From contig JAWLHJ010000001.1 in the NCBI GenBank assembly GCA_041690395.1, forward strand, positions 704,001 to 768,000: 64,000 nucleotides of DNA, read 5' to 3'. The DNA comes from Longimicrobiales bacterium. GTDB taxonomy: Bacteria > Gemmatimonadota > Gemmatimonadetes > Longimicrobiales > Gaopeijiaceae. The notes under the pieces are model-generated. The model worked only from the letters and a program-made list of their open reading frames with translations. It was not told the origin of the DNA and did no database searches. Numbering within the stretch: position 1 is the stretch's first letter; the number at the start of each line of letters is the position of its first letter. Shown piece by piece: positions 28,201-37,131 of this stretch. Both the position numbers and the translations under genes were made by a program.

Positions 28201-31200
28201 TTCCGGGTAGGCCTGCCGGCTCAGGTGGCGCTCACCCCCTCGGGGCTCGAGGTGGCAGGTGAGGGAGCGGCCCGGGTGGTCTACGCCGGCGAGGATGTCA
28301 CCGAACTCTCCGGATCGTTCGAAGACGGCTTCGTCCTGGGCCTCGATCCCCTGACCGTGGCCGGGGGATACCTGGATCTGCTACTCCAGGGACGACGGCT
28401 GGCGTACGTGGACGACACCGGGTTCCACCCGGACTTCGGCGCCCTCGCCGTGGATCTAGTTCCCGCGCGACTCCCCCTTCCGTCCCTGTCCGTTGCCTAT
28501 CTGCAGCTCCGGGACGAGGACGGGACGCTTCTCCTGGCGGAAGAGGAGCTGGAGGACGGCGTCCGCATCTACACGCCCGAGGGAACCACGGTGCCCCTTG
28601 TGCTGCCGGCCCTGGCCCTGGAGCGGAGCGGAGGGGGTGCACCGGGCGCCGGAGCCCCCGCCGGGCCGGCGGCCTCGGGGATCCCCGCCGAGGGCGACCC
28701 GCCCACCGTGGACGTCACCGTGGACTTGGTGGTGGGGCGGGGGTTCGGGCCGGAGGTTCGATCGGGCGTGGTCACCGGACTGGTGGATCCCGTGGAACAC
28801 CCCGAGCTGGACCTGTCCGCTTCGGGCCTCCCGTTCCGGGTGCGGACCGCCACCTTCGCAGACCCGGACGGCGCGGGGATGCGCTGGCGTCTGGAGGGGG
28901 ATCCCGTCCTCTTCGGGAGCCCGGTGGAGCAGGGAAGCTCCGCTCTGGAGCTTACCGCCGACAGTCGTCTCCTCGGCGAGGTCGACCTCCCCTATGCTGC
29001 TTCCTTGCCCCTGGTCCCGGACAGCGACGTGCTGGTCTTCCAGCACCAGCGCGTCGTCGGGGCCTTCGACGTATCGCTGCCCGACGGAGGTGGTGCATGG
29101 TCCATGAGCCTGGAAGGCGACCTGGCTCTGGACCTGGACGGCTCCGGGGGTCTGGCGGTGGCGGCCACCCTCGAGCTGGACCCGTGGGGTGCGCGCTTCA
29201 CCGAGCTGGACGTCATGGCCGAGGCGCCCCCCGTCTACTTCGACGGAGGTCTCCTCGAACTGGGCGTCTCGGGTCTGCGGCTGCCGGATCTGGGGTGGAC
29301 CCCGGGTGACGGCTGGGACTTCGAGGCGGTGTTCGACGCCACGCTGCGCTTTCCGGGGCTCGACGGGGTCACCACGGGGCTCATCCCCGACCTCCGCCTG
29401 ACTCCCGGCGGCTTGGCCTTTCCGTCCCTCGAGCTGGCCGACCTGTCGGGGGGCTTCGACCTGGCGGGCTTTCGCATCGCGCCCCGGGCCCTCCGTCTCC
29501 CGGCAGTGGACCTGGACGTCTTCGGCTCGGGGCTGGCCTTCGACTGGGCCCCGTCCTTCGACCTCTCCATCGAGCTGGGCGGCGACGGGACCGACCGGTG
29601 GCCGGCGTTGGCGGGCTTCACCTTCTCCGCCCTGGATGTCACCCTGGGCCTGGACGGATTCACCGGCGGTCTCGAGCCGCTCACCCTCCTGAATCCCTTC
29701 GCGCTGGAGCTCGGATCCGGTGGTCTGGGAGTCAGCCTGGGCTCCTTCTCCGGTGCGTTCACCGTGGGCGACGGAGGGGCGGGGCTGGATCTCGTTGCCG
29801 GTGGCGCGCTCCTGCTCCCCGAAGCGCTGCGGTGCGAGACGGATCCCGCGGCGGAGGTGACGCTCCCCGACGCGTCCCTGCAGCTCTTCGGGAACGGGGG
29901 TATGGGCGGACGCTTCGACGACGTCGCCGTGTCGTGCCCGCTCCGCATGGGCCCGCTGGAGCTGGAGCTCACCGACGCCGACCTGGTCTTCGCCTTCGTC
30001 GACGACGTCCAGCAGGTGAACCTCTTCACGGACGCCGTCCTCACCCTGGAGGGGGTGACAGGGGGCGGTGGAGCCGGCGGCGCCGGCGGTCCGGGGGGCG
30101 AGACCACCGGTACGGTCACGGCCACCGGAAGCCTGGACCTATCCCTCCTCGAGCCCCGGGTTCGGGGCGGCCAGATCGTGGTGGATCAGCCCTTCAGCTG
30201 GGGCCTTCCCACCGACGACCCCTTCGTCACCTTCACGGTGTCGTACGCCGAGCTCGACGGCCGGGGCTTCGTCCTGGACGGGAGCGGAGCGGTGGTGGGC
30301 GCTGCCGGTGCGGTCGGACCCGACGTCGTCTTCGACGACCTCACCTTCGACCACCGGGGCGAGCTCGTGGCGGGTTCGGCCACGGTGGATGCCGGCCTGG
30401 TGCTGGACGCATCCGTGTACGGGTCCGCGTTGGCCTGGACCGTGGCCGAGCCGGGCGCGGACCGCACTGAGGGGGACGGGTTCCGCCTCGCCCTGGGCGC
30501 CGCCGCGACCCTCGGCGCCGACGGCCTGGCCCTGAACGGCTCGGCCACCGGCTCGCTCCATTTCGCCGACTCCACCTACGCGGCCCTGGACGTTTCGTTC
30601 TCGGACGGCTTCACCCTCACCCCCCGCGCCCCACGGGTGAACGCGGGACGAGCGGACTTCGCGCTCGATGGCACACAGGTCGCCTTCGTGGACAGGCGCG
30701 GCTTCTTCCCCGGCGACGTCTTCGGGGTGCTGCCCCTGCCGGAGCGCATCGGCCTCCCCACTGAAGACGTGGCTTATCTGCAGGTGAGGGATCCCGACAC
30801 CGGGACGTCCCTGGTCACGTCCGCCGTCGTCACGGACGGCGTGCAGATCGCCACCCGGCCCAACGCGCCGGTTTCCCTCGTCCTCCCCGGCGTGCCGGCG
30901 CCCACGGGTGGACCCACCGTCCTTCCCGTGACCTTCGACGTGGTCATGAACGGAGGGAGCTACGCGCTGGCGTCCGGCTCCCTGGAAGTGGCCGCGGCGG
31001 ACGGGGAGGCACTCTTCGACCTGTCAGGCCTGGGCGTGCCTCTCGAGGTCGTGCGGGTGGCCTACGATCCCGCTGAGGCTCCCGGCCCCGTGCTCGATGC
31101 CCGGGTGCGGCTGCCGGAGTCGTGGGGTGGCGCCGACGTTCGCTTCCAGGGACTCACCGTGACGGCCCAGGGCCTCGAGGGTGAGGTGGTGGCCGGGACG

Positions 31201-34200
31201 TTCGCGGCGGCGGAGGCCGGAGGGGCGCCCATCGGGTCGGCGGTGGATCCGGGCGCGGGTATGCCGTTGGCCGATGTGGGCCTGGGTGCCCTCGATCTCA
31301 CCGTGGACGGGGCCCGGGTGCGCTTCGGAGCGTCGCCGGACGTCACGCTCCAGGGAGGTATCCGCAGCGAGCTCTTCGAGGATGCCGACGGCACCCGACC
31401 CCGGCTGGGGTACTCGGCCTCCGTCGACCCCGCCGGTGCGCTTACGTTGCTCGCGGACGTGTCCACCCTACCGAACGGTCGGCTCCCTCTGGGCGTGGGA
31501 ACGTTCGAGCCCGTTCCGCTCGGGAGTCAGCCGGCCGTCACCGCGGAAGCCTCGGCGGAATCGTTCGCCCTGATCCTGTCCGGTGTCCTCAGGATGCCGG
31601 ACCTCTCCGAGACCTTCGCTCTCACCGTCCAGGGTCTCCGGGTCGGAACCGATGGCATCGGCCTGCCGTCCGTCTCCCTCACCGGCGCCGAGGGAGCCCA
31701 GGAGCTGGAGATCTTCGGTGGCGCCGTCACCCTCCGCGATACCGACGCCGGGCCGGGGCTGGGGTTGGGGCTCGATGGGCGCGTGCTCCTGCTCACCCTG
31801 AACGGTGATCTGGACCTCCTGGGCCGCACCGTGGCCTTCGAGGGACTCCGGGTGGGCACCGACGGACGACTGGAGATGGCCGGCGCGAGCCTCCTCGGCG
31901 ATCCCGTGGCGCTGGTGCCCGGCGCCATCACCCTCACGGCCCTCGCCGTCCGGAACCGTGCGCTGGAGGCCGGGCTCGCCATCGATCTCCCCGCGCCCTT
32001 CGACGGTGTGGGCACGCAGACCGCCACGTTCGCGGTGGCCGCGGACGGCACGGTCTCGGGTGGAGGGCGCATCACGCTGCTGGACGAGCCCCAGGGGCTG
32101 GGAGGCGAGCGCACCCAGTTCGGGGGATCCTTCGCCACGGCCCATCTCCGCTACCTGGGGGTGCGCCTCGCGCCGGGGACGTCGAGCCCGGGGGCGGTGG
32201 AGGCCGTGGGGGACGTGTACCTCGCCGGTGAGGCCGCCAACCGCATCGAGCTGGGGCGGCGCTCCGGAGCCGCGGTGGAGCCGGGACTCTCCATCGGGTT
32301 CGACGGAGACGTCGCCTGGGGCGGGGTGACGCTGGCCCGAAGCTTCACCTTCGACCACGACATGTTCCGTCTCACGGTGGCCCAGGTGACGGCCACCCCC
32401 AGCGACGGTGGGCTGGGCCTGGGTCTCGGGGGCAGCCTGGTCGTGGACGTCCCGTCGGTCACCGGCGGCATCGACTTCACGGGCTTCGGCGTGAGTCCGG
32501 ATCTCGCCCTGAGCACCGACGACGCTTCGGTGAACGGGGGGACGCTGACCATCGCGGGGATCCTGTCTCTCGGACTCTCGGACTTCGTGTACTCCGACGA
32601 GCCCACCACCATCTCCGGGGTCCAGGGCGGCGCCGTTCCGACGGGCGGACAGGCCGCGGCGGCGGCGACGGCCACGGACATCGAGGTGGCCTCGGTACTC
32701 AGCTTCGGCGGTACCGTGAGCGTGGGGAGCGGCTGCGGTGAAGGCGGCGACTGCCTGTTCAGCGGCGGCGTGGAGCGCTTCCTGTTCTACCGCACGCCGG
32801 TGGAGGAGGGAGGGCTCACCCACCTGGTGGTCCGGGGCGCGAATCTGAGCGTCGCCAACGCTCTCTCCATGGAGGCGGACCTCACCTACCGCCAGGTGGG
32901 CACCTCCGGCGGCTTCGAGCTCACCGTGGGTGGGCGCGCCGACTTCCAGGCCATGGAGGTCACCGTGGTGGGCGCCCTGGAGCGGGGCGGGGACGCCGAC
33001 GCATTGCGCGCCGGACTCTTCCTCATCGCCAGCGGACGCATGGAGATCGTGCCGGCGGTGCTGGCCCTCACCGAGGTCGGCGGCGGGTTCTTCTACAACC
33101 CCAGACCCGAGTACTGCCAGCTCGTCCGTACCTACTCCGGCGTGGCGGACCTCTCCAGCAATGGGAGCAGCTGCGAGAACAGCGGACGCTTCACCGGCTT
33201 CCTGTTCGCCGGCGCCGAGCTCATCGAACGCAACATCGGCCGGGGCCAGGTCCTTCTCACCGTGTCGGAGCGGGGCCTGCAGCTCGACGGGCAGATGGCC
33301 CTCCTCTCGCCGGGAAGCCAGCCCATTCCCGAGACGCGCATCCGGGGAACGGTGCACCTGGCCGTGGGCTTCCAGGAGTTCTTCGCCGAAGGCAACATCG
33401 ATCTCGTCATCGATTACGACCCCCTCCTTACCGTGGGCGGCCCCGACGACCCCACCCGCCTGGGCTTCTACGTATACGGGCCGGACGCCTGGGGTGTCTA
33501 CGGCGGGCTGTCCATCGAATTCCTCCGGCTCATCCAGGGGAACGCCGAGTTCTTCGTGGGCCCGCCGGGCTTCTTCGTCCAGGGCCACATCCACGCGGGG
33601 TTCGACTTCTGGATCGTCAGCGTTGAGGGGACGGCCGACGCCGCGGTCTGGGTGGTGGACGACGGTTGGGGCGCATACCTCGACGTGGGGATCACCGCGG
33701 AGATCCTGGGCGGGGCCGTGTCGGGATCGGCACGGCTCCGGGGCGCGCTGGTGAGCCCGCCCCAGGCGCCCGTGCTCCTCTACGCTTCGGCCATCGCAAG
33801 GGGTTGCGTCCTCGGACTCTGCGGGTCCGAAGAGATCTGGGCGTCCTTCGAGGGCGGCTCCGTGTCGGGCGGCTTCGGGCGGAACGCCAAGTTCGACCGG
33901 GTCATCGGCGAGATGGAGCGCGTGCGGAACCGCTTCGAGGCGGAGCGCGTGGCGTTGCAGGAGAAGATCGAGTCGGCGCAGCTCTTCGCCGGCATGGCCC
34001 TGTCTCCCACCGAGCTGGCCGAGATCTACGCGCGCATCCAGGACGAAGGGCTCCGAGGCCGGTTCCTCGCCCTCGTCCAGGAGGAGCGCGCGGCGTACCC
34101 GGACGAGATCATCCAGGCGTTCGGGAACTTCGACGCTACGGCTTGGTGGCGGAGTGAGCGCGACCACTATCTGTGGTACACCGACGTGGTAAGCCAGGTG

Positions 34201-37131
34201 GGGTCACCCGACGACACGCAGACCCCCGCCATCGACAGCTACTACCAGGCTGTGTCCACGGGCGTTCAGAACCTCGAGAACCATCGGTCCATCGTGGAGC
34301 TCAAGCTCTCCCAGGCCATGGTCGAGATCGAGACGCTGGAAGCCGCCGTGGATCGGGACGAGATCGGGGCGAACCCCCTCAGGAGCGCCAGCTTCACCGC
34401 CCCCCAGACCCTGGACAACGGCGACGGCACGCGCACGCTGGTGTCCGGACCCACCGTGGACTTCGATGCCGCCGCTGCTTCGGAGATGGAGAACGAGCTG
34501 CGGGCCCTGCGCACCGCCCATGAGGCCTACGCCCGGGAAGTGGCCCGACGCATCGAGCAGGTGGAAGCCGGGCTGGGCTGGATCGACTATCTCCTCCTTG
34601 ATACCACGTCCACGGCCCCCCTCGGATTCGTGCGCGACTACGCCTCGGTCCTCCAGGCCGTGAGCGAGCAGTACGCCCGTCACGGGGACCTGCTCCTCCG
34701 GCAACAGGACTGGTACCGCGCCCGCTCCGCCGAGCTCGCGGCGCAGCTCTCCATGCAGGTCATACCGGCCCTCCACCGGAAGTCGCAGCTGCTCATGCTG
34801 AACGGGAGCGACCCCCAGGGACAGCTCGAAGCGCTCATCGACATCCGGACCGCCGCGCTGGACGACCTTCGGGAAGCGTCCAACCTGTCGGGCACCTTCG
34901 ACGCCAACGTCCAGAACGCCGAGGCCGCGCCGACGTTGGAGCAGTACAAGGCAGTGGCGGACACCCTGGGCAAGTACCTCTGGTACGACATCGCCCACTA
35001 CGGCATGCAGGTGGCGGATACCCTCGCCGGCCAGGCGTTCGCCGAGGTGCGGGCCCGCGCGGACGGCGAGCTGCGGGACCGGTGGCGGGAGCACGCCGAC
35101 ATGACCATGGATCTCCATCGGGCCATGGAGGCGCGGGCGGACATCATGGCCGGGCTCTACGAGCTGTACCAGGAGTTCGGCCGCGGTTACCCACAGCAGC
35201 CCACGATCCAGCGGGTCACGTCCTTCGACGGAACGGGCAACCCGTTCATGCAGGATGCCCTTGCCCGGGCGGAGCTCCTTCAGTCCGCCATTGCCGTGCA
35301 CATGCGGGTGGAGGCGCTGGAGGAGCAGTTCCAGGTGCCCACCGTGAACCACGTGGCGGTGGTGAGTCAGAACCTGGGATACATGGCCCGGGAGACCTAC
35401 TGGTGGGAGGCGTCCCACCCGCGGGGGGTGCACGAGTACCTGTACAACAGCGTGCCCGGCGGGAACGTGGGCGTGCTGGGCGTGCTCGGCATGCAGTCCA
35501 ACGGCGCGGTGAACGTCCGGGAGAACTACATCCTCACGCCGGGTCGCGGTACCACCACCCAGGACCGCACGCTTCGCGTGGCGGCGCGGGGAGGTGCGGG
35601 CTACGTGGGGTACGGGCGGGCGTCGTACCAGACGCGCTTCGAGGGGGGCGATGGCGTTCAGCCCGTGGGGCAGGGGCAGGGTTGGGGCGCCACCGTGGAC
35701 GCCTCCCCACCCACGGCTCCCACCGTCCGGATAGGCGCACACGCTTCGACCACACGCCCCCGCTGGGTGGCCAGCACGAGCCAGATCGACTCGGTGCGGT
35801 GGTCGGCCCTCGACCTGGAAAGCGGCATCGGCGGTTACGCCTATGCGGTGGGTACCGATACGGACACCACGGCCGTGCGCGGATGGACGGACGTGGGAGG
35901 TCGCTCCACCATGGTCCTTCGAGAACTGGAGTTGTCCACCACCGGGCCGGAGTACCGCATCTGGGCGCGGGCCCGGAACGGCGAGGGCCTGACCGGCCCG
36001 GCGGGGCGTTCGGCACCCATCCGCGTGGATGTGGTGCCGCCCACGTTCCCCGATACGGCCAGCATCGGGGTGCCGATCCACGCCCTCGTGGCGAGCCCGT
36101 TCACGTTCCTGACGCTCGGAGGTAGCGGGCAGCCCTCGGATCCGGTGCTGGCCGCCGCCGCGCCGGCGTGCGCGCCCCCGTCCCTTCGTGGGAGCCTCGT
36201 GTCGGGCACCACGTCACCCAGCGAGATACCGGCCCCGGCGACGCCGGCCATGACCTTCCGCCTCCCTCGAGCGGAGGACGCGGAGAGTGGTGTCGCCGGA
36301 TACGCATGGCGTGTCGGGACGGAGCCGGCCCTCTCCTACCAGGGCGCGGGGTGGACCTACGTGTCGGGGACGCCGGATACGCTGCGGGTGAGCGGCGCCC
36401 CACTGAACTACCAGGATCCCTTCTACTTCTCCCTGGTGGCGGTGGACGCCGTGGGGCACACGACGGAGCCCCTCCACTACGGTCCCTTCCTCGTGGCCGA
36501 TCCCACCGCGCCGGTGGCGCCCACCTTCTGCGTGGGCACGGGGAACGCGCCGGATCGCCTCGTTCTGAGCGTGCGCGACCCCGGCTCGGACCCCGAGACG
36601 GGCCTGGCGTCGTGGGACTTCCGCATCCGCCGGGAGGACGGCTCCGTCGTACGGGACTGGCCGGCCGCGCCGGATCGGGAGAGCCTGGCGTCCGGTGACG
36701 CGGTGGGAACCGGAGCGCTCCCTCTCCAGGACGGCGACCGGGTCTATGCCGAGCTCCGTGCTCGCAACGGGCGGGGAGGGGTGGCGGTGGCGGCCTCCGG
36801 GCCCCTCACCATCGACCTGACCCCCCCGGCCGCGCCCGTGATTCGCGGCGCCACGGCCCGGCGGAGCGGGTCCTACACCATCGTCACGGTGGACCACCGC
36901 ACGGACGCCGAGGCCGGGCTGACGCATCACTGGACCCTGGTGCCGGAGTCCGGACGAGTGACGCAGGGAACCCTCCCGGGCACCGGCGGGGCGTTCCTGG
37001 TGCGGGACATTCCGATGCAGACACGGGTCGGTACGTCCCTCGTGCCGGGGCCCTACACCCTGGTGCTGGTCTCGAGAACGGCCACGGGGCTCACCAGCGC
37101 CGAGGCCACCGTTCCGGTGGTCGTGCCATGA
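25249..37131 (+). CDS. Giant secreted protein (3,960 aa): TANFOR-like N-terminus, long beta-rich repeats, helical domain, C-terminal FN3/Ig domains
   Basis: Uninterrupted ORF; signal peptide ending AWAGA-Q; PAYPSPYLSEW, LPEDDYELC, PVFQWTP and YAWRVEA; C-terminal D-x-x-PP...D-x-ESG FN3-like repeats. Confidence 0.88.
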   Translation: MKRWVEVLGLFLGMGMPAWAGAQSTEWAAQLVVPAYPSPYLSEWERNPQNLTLSVAYFGAPAMEYRIEGVVRGSGGELARATSPVFTVTGGPANELYSGADLLGWDVRVRQDRADQVLGAGVLPEDDYELCARVLSEAGIQLTEACTLFAVALPAAPQLLYPLERQAVSAFQPVFQWTPVQLPPEVGTRYRVSIVPMAPRQTAGTAVRANLPVYEDVVDAPVLVYPVDALELEDGVRYAWRVEALDGLGDAVVPGGLFSETWTFTASTARTSVPWDEGEGRLPSAIDLVPGLAEILDLGALDVETTASGWRLNGPAWMRLGGPFNLRARVRLDDLEVDVFAGSHAVRGGGVVARLAAPLPVAGALPVRVTELTYDAAMGLTAQAVLVRADGTEMPLEGDVQVTAAGLFGTLRTGEAGGQDPVWRLGTDPVELSLTDLEVRLPGGTVTARGDARLLGGMVECRGMAAALDEDGVWTVTPMCMGVGDYGLEVVDGAPGSSRATAGGAGPGVPVRVGLVAGTLSANLVQGTVAYDLTASAALDLDPGAADCSIRFDVALDSTTGTTVDGVTGPCDATRAALDAGWVRLGLGGLRVASVSYTPGQGFEIEADVDLVPTLPALPDLELPTLTGARVGGEGLTFPDGLLPGLQASVDLDGYGLAAASVTVPAGTIPWAAWRDGSLEGFGVTFDAALALPGLPATTPLCLAEAVPAVRRGIIAAGLLTLDVTASTAFREACRIPLAPDAVPGLALEAEAFVGPVVTDLSDGVTLVDGLGVTGSLILPEVFSCQGASLRLDGALRLAPDGRLAGESAVSEGGCDLSVGGLDLDLASGEVDFELTSDGARGRWTAEVAVRTVDGEVDSPTVDALGRLTFDVATGAIADGVLEVPGPLDLRLPQEDPVFDFRLDGARLDAAGLTIDGRHALRFPDGATMGVTFDEVRVAPEGRSFTAGRVLFDTEFALDGGVAEDGRVAWRAVSTEMPFTLASGFRVGLPAQVALTPSGLEVAGEGAARVVYAGEDVTELSGSFEDGFVLGLDPLTVAGGYLDLLLQGRRLAYVDDTGFHPDFGALAVDLVPARLPLPSLSVAYLQLRDEDGTLLLAEEELEDGVRIYTPEGTTVPLVLPALALERSGGGAPGAGAPAGPAASGIPAEGDPPTVDVTVDLVVGRGFGPEVRSGVVTGLVDPVEHPELDLSASGLPFRVRTATFADPDGAGMRWRLEGDPVLFGSPVEQGSSALELTADSRLLGEVDLPYAASLPLVPDSDVLVFQHQRVVGAFDVSLPDGGGAWSMSLEGDLALDLDGSGGLAVAATLELDPWGARFTELDVMAEAPPVYFDGGLLELGVSGLRLPDLGWTPGDGWDFEAVFDATLRFPGLDGVTTGLIPDLRLTPGGLAFPSLELADLSGGFDLAGFRIAPRALRLPAVDLDVFGSGLAFDWAPSFDLSIELGGDGTDRWPALAGFTFSALDVTLGLDGFTGGLEPLTLLNPFALELGSGGLGVSLGSFSGAFTVGDGGAGLDLVAGGALLLPEALRCETDPAAEVTLPDASLQLFGNGGMGGRFDDVAVSCPLRMGPLELELTDADLVFAFVDDVQQVNLFTDAVLTLEGVTGGGGAGGAGGPGGETTGTVTATGSLDLSLLEPRVRGGQIVVDQPFSWGLPTDDPFVTFTVSYAELDGRGFVLDGSGAVVGAAGAVGPDVVFDDLTFDHRGELVAGSATVDAGLVLDASVYGSALAWTVAEPGADRTEGDGFRLALGAAATLGADGLALNGSATGSLHFADSTYAALDVSFSDGFTLTPRAPRVNAGRADFALDGTQVAFVDRRGFFPGDVFGVLPLPERIGLPTEDVAYLQVRDPDTGTSLVTSAVVTDGVQIATRPNAPVSLVLPGVPAPTGGPTVLPVTFDVVMNGGSYALASGSLEVAAADGEALFDLSGLGVPLEVVRVAYDPAEAPGPVLDARVRLPESWGGADVRFQGLTVTAQGLEGEVVAGTFAAAEAGGAPIGSAVDPGAGMPLADVGLGALDLTVDGARVRFGASPDVTLQGGIRSELFEDADGTRPRLGYSASVDPAGALTLLADVSTLPNGRLPLGVGTFEPVPLGSQPAVTAEASAESFALILSGVLRMPDLSETFALTVQGLRVGTDGIGLPSVSLTGAEGAQELEIFGGAVTLRDTDAGPGLGLGLDGRVLLLTLNGDLDLLGRTVAFEGLRVGTDGRLEMAGASLLGDPVALVPGAITLTALAVRNRALEAGLAIDLPAPFDGVGTQTATFAVAADGTVSGGGRITLLDEPQGLGGERTQFGGSFATAHLRYLGVRLAPGTSSPGAVEAVGDVYLAGEAANRIELGRRSGAAVEPGLSIGFDGDVAWGGVTLARSFTFDHDMFRLTVAQVTATPSDGGLGLGLGGSLVVDVPSVTGGIDFTGFGVSPDLALSTDDASVNGGTLTIAGILSLGLSDFVYSDEPTTISGVQGGAVPTGGQAAAAATATDIEVASVLSFGGTVSVGSGCGEGGDCLFSGGVERFLFYRTPVEEGGLTHLVVRGANLSVANALSMEADLTYRQVGTSGGFELTVGGRADFQAMEVTVVGALERGGDADALRAGLFLIASGRMEIVPAVLALTEVGGGFFYNPRPEYCQLVRTYSGVADLSSNGSSCENSGRFTGFLFAGAELIERNIGRGQVLLTVSERGLQLDGQMALLSPGSQPIPETRIRGTVHLAVGFQEFFAEGNIDLVIDYDPLLTVGGPDDPTRLGFYVYGPDAWGVYGGLSIEFLRLIQGNAEFFVGPPGFFVQGHIHAGFDFWIVSVEGTADAAVWVVDDGWGAYLDVGITAEILGGAVSGSARLRGALVSPPQAPVLLYASAIARGCVLGLCGSEEIWASFEGGSVSGGFGRNAKFDRVIGEMERVRNRFEAERVALQEKIESAQLFAGMALSPTELAEIYARIQDEGLRGRFLALVQEERAAYPDEIIQAFGNFDATAWWRSERDHYLWYTDVVSQVGSPDDTQTPAIDSYYQAVSTGVQNLENHRSIVELKLSQAMVEIETLEAAVDRDEIGANPLRSASFTAPQTLDNGDGTRTLVSGPTVDFDAAAASEMENELRALRTAHEAYAREVARRIEQVEAGLGWIDYLLLDTTSTAPLGFVRDYASVLQAVSEQYARHGDLLLRQQDWYRARSAELAAQLSMQVIPALHRKSQLLMLNGSDPQGQLEALIDIRTAALDDLREASNLSGTFDANVQNAEAAPTLEQYKAVADTLGKYLWYDIAHYGMQVADTLAGQAFAEVRARADGELRDRWREHADMTMDLHRAMEARADIMAGLYELYQEFGRGYPQQPTIQRVTSFDGTGNPFMQDALARAELLQSAIAVHMRVEALEEQFQVPTVNHVAVVSQNLGYMARETYWWEASHPRGVHEYLYNSVPGGNVGVLGVLGMQSNGAVNVRENYILTPGRGTTTQDRTLRVAARGGAGYVGYGRASYQTRFEGGDGVQPVGQGQGWGATVDASPPTAPTVRIGAHASTTRPRWVASTSQIDSVRWSALDLESGIGGYAYAVGTDTDTTAVRGWTDVGGRSTMVLRELELSTTGPEYRIWARARNGEGLTGPAGRSAPIRVDVVPPTFPDTASIGVPIHALVASPFTFLTLGGSGQPSDPVLAAAAPACAPPSLRGSLVSGTTSPSEIPAPATPAMTFRLPRAEDAESGVAGYAWRVGTEPALSYQGAGWTYVSGTPDTLRVSGAPLNYQDPFYFSLVAVDAVGHTTEPLHYGPFLVADPTAPVAPTFCVGTGNAPDRLVLSVRDPGSDPETGLASWDFRIRREDGSVVRDWPAAPDRESLASGDAVGTGALPLQDGDRVYAELRARNGRGGVAVAASGPLTIDLTPPAAPVIRGATARRSGSYTIVTVDHRTDAEAGLTHHWTLVPESGRVTQGTLPGTGGAFLVRDIPMQTRVGTSLVPGPYTLVLVSRTATGLTSAEATVPVVVP

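Noticed and set aside
25249..37131. Giant protein as RHS/CdiA toxin, NRPS/PKS, or phage tail/eCIS component
   Set aside because: No YD repeats, DPxG, TPS/VENN, catalytic modules, toxin tip, immunity gene or phage structural genes recognised
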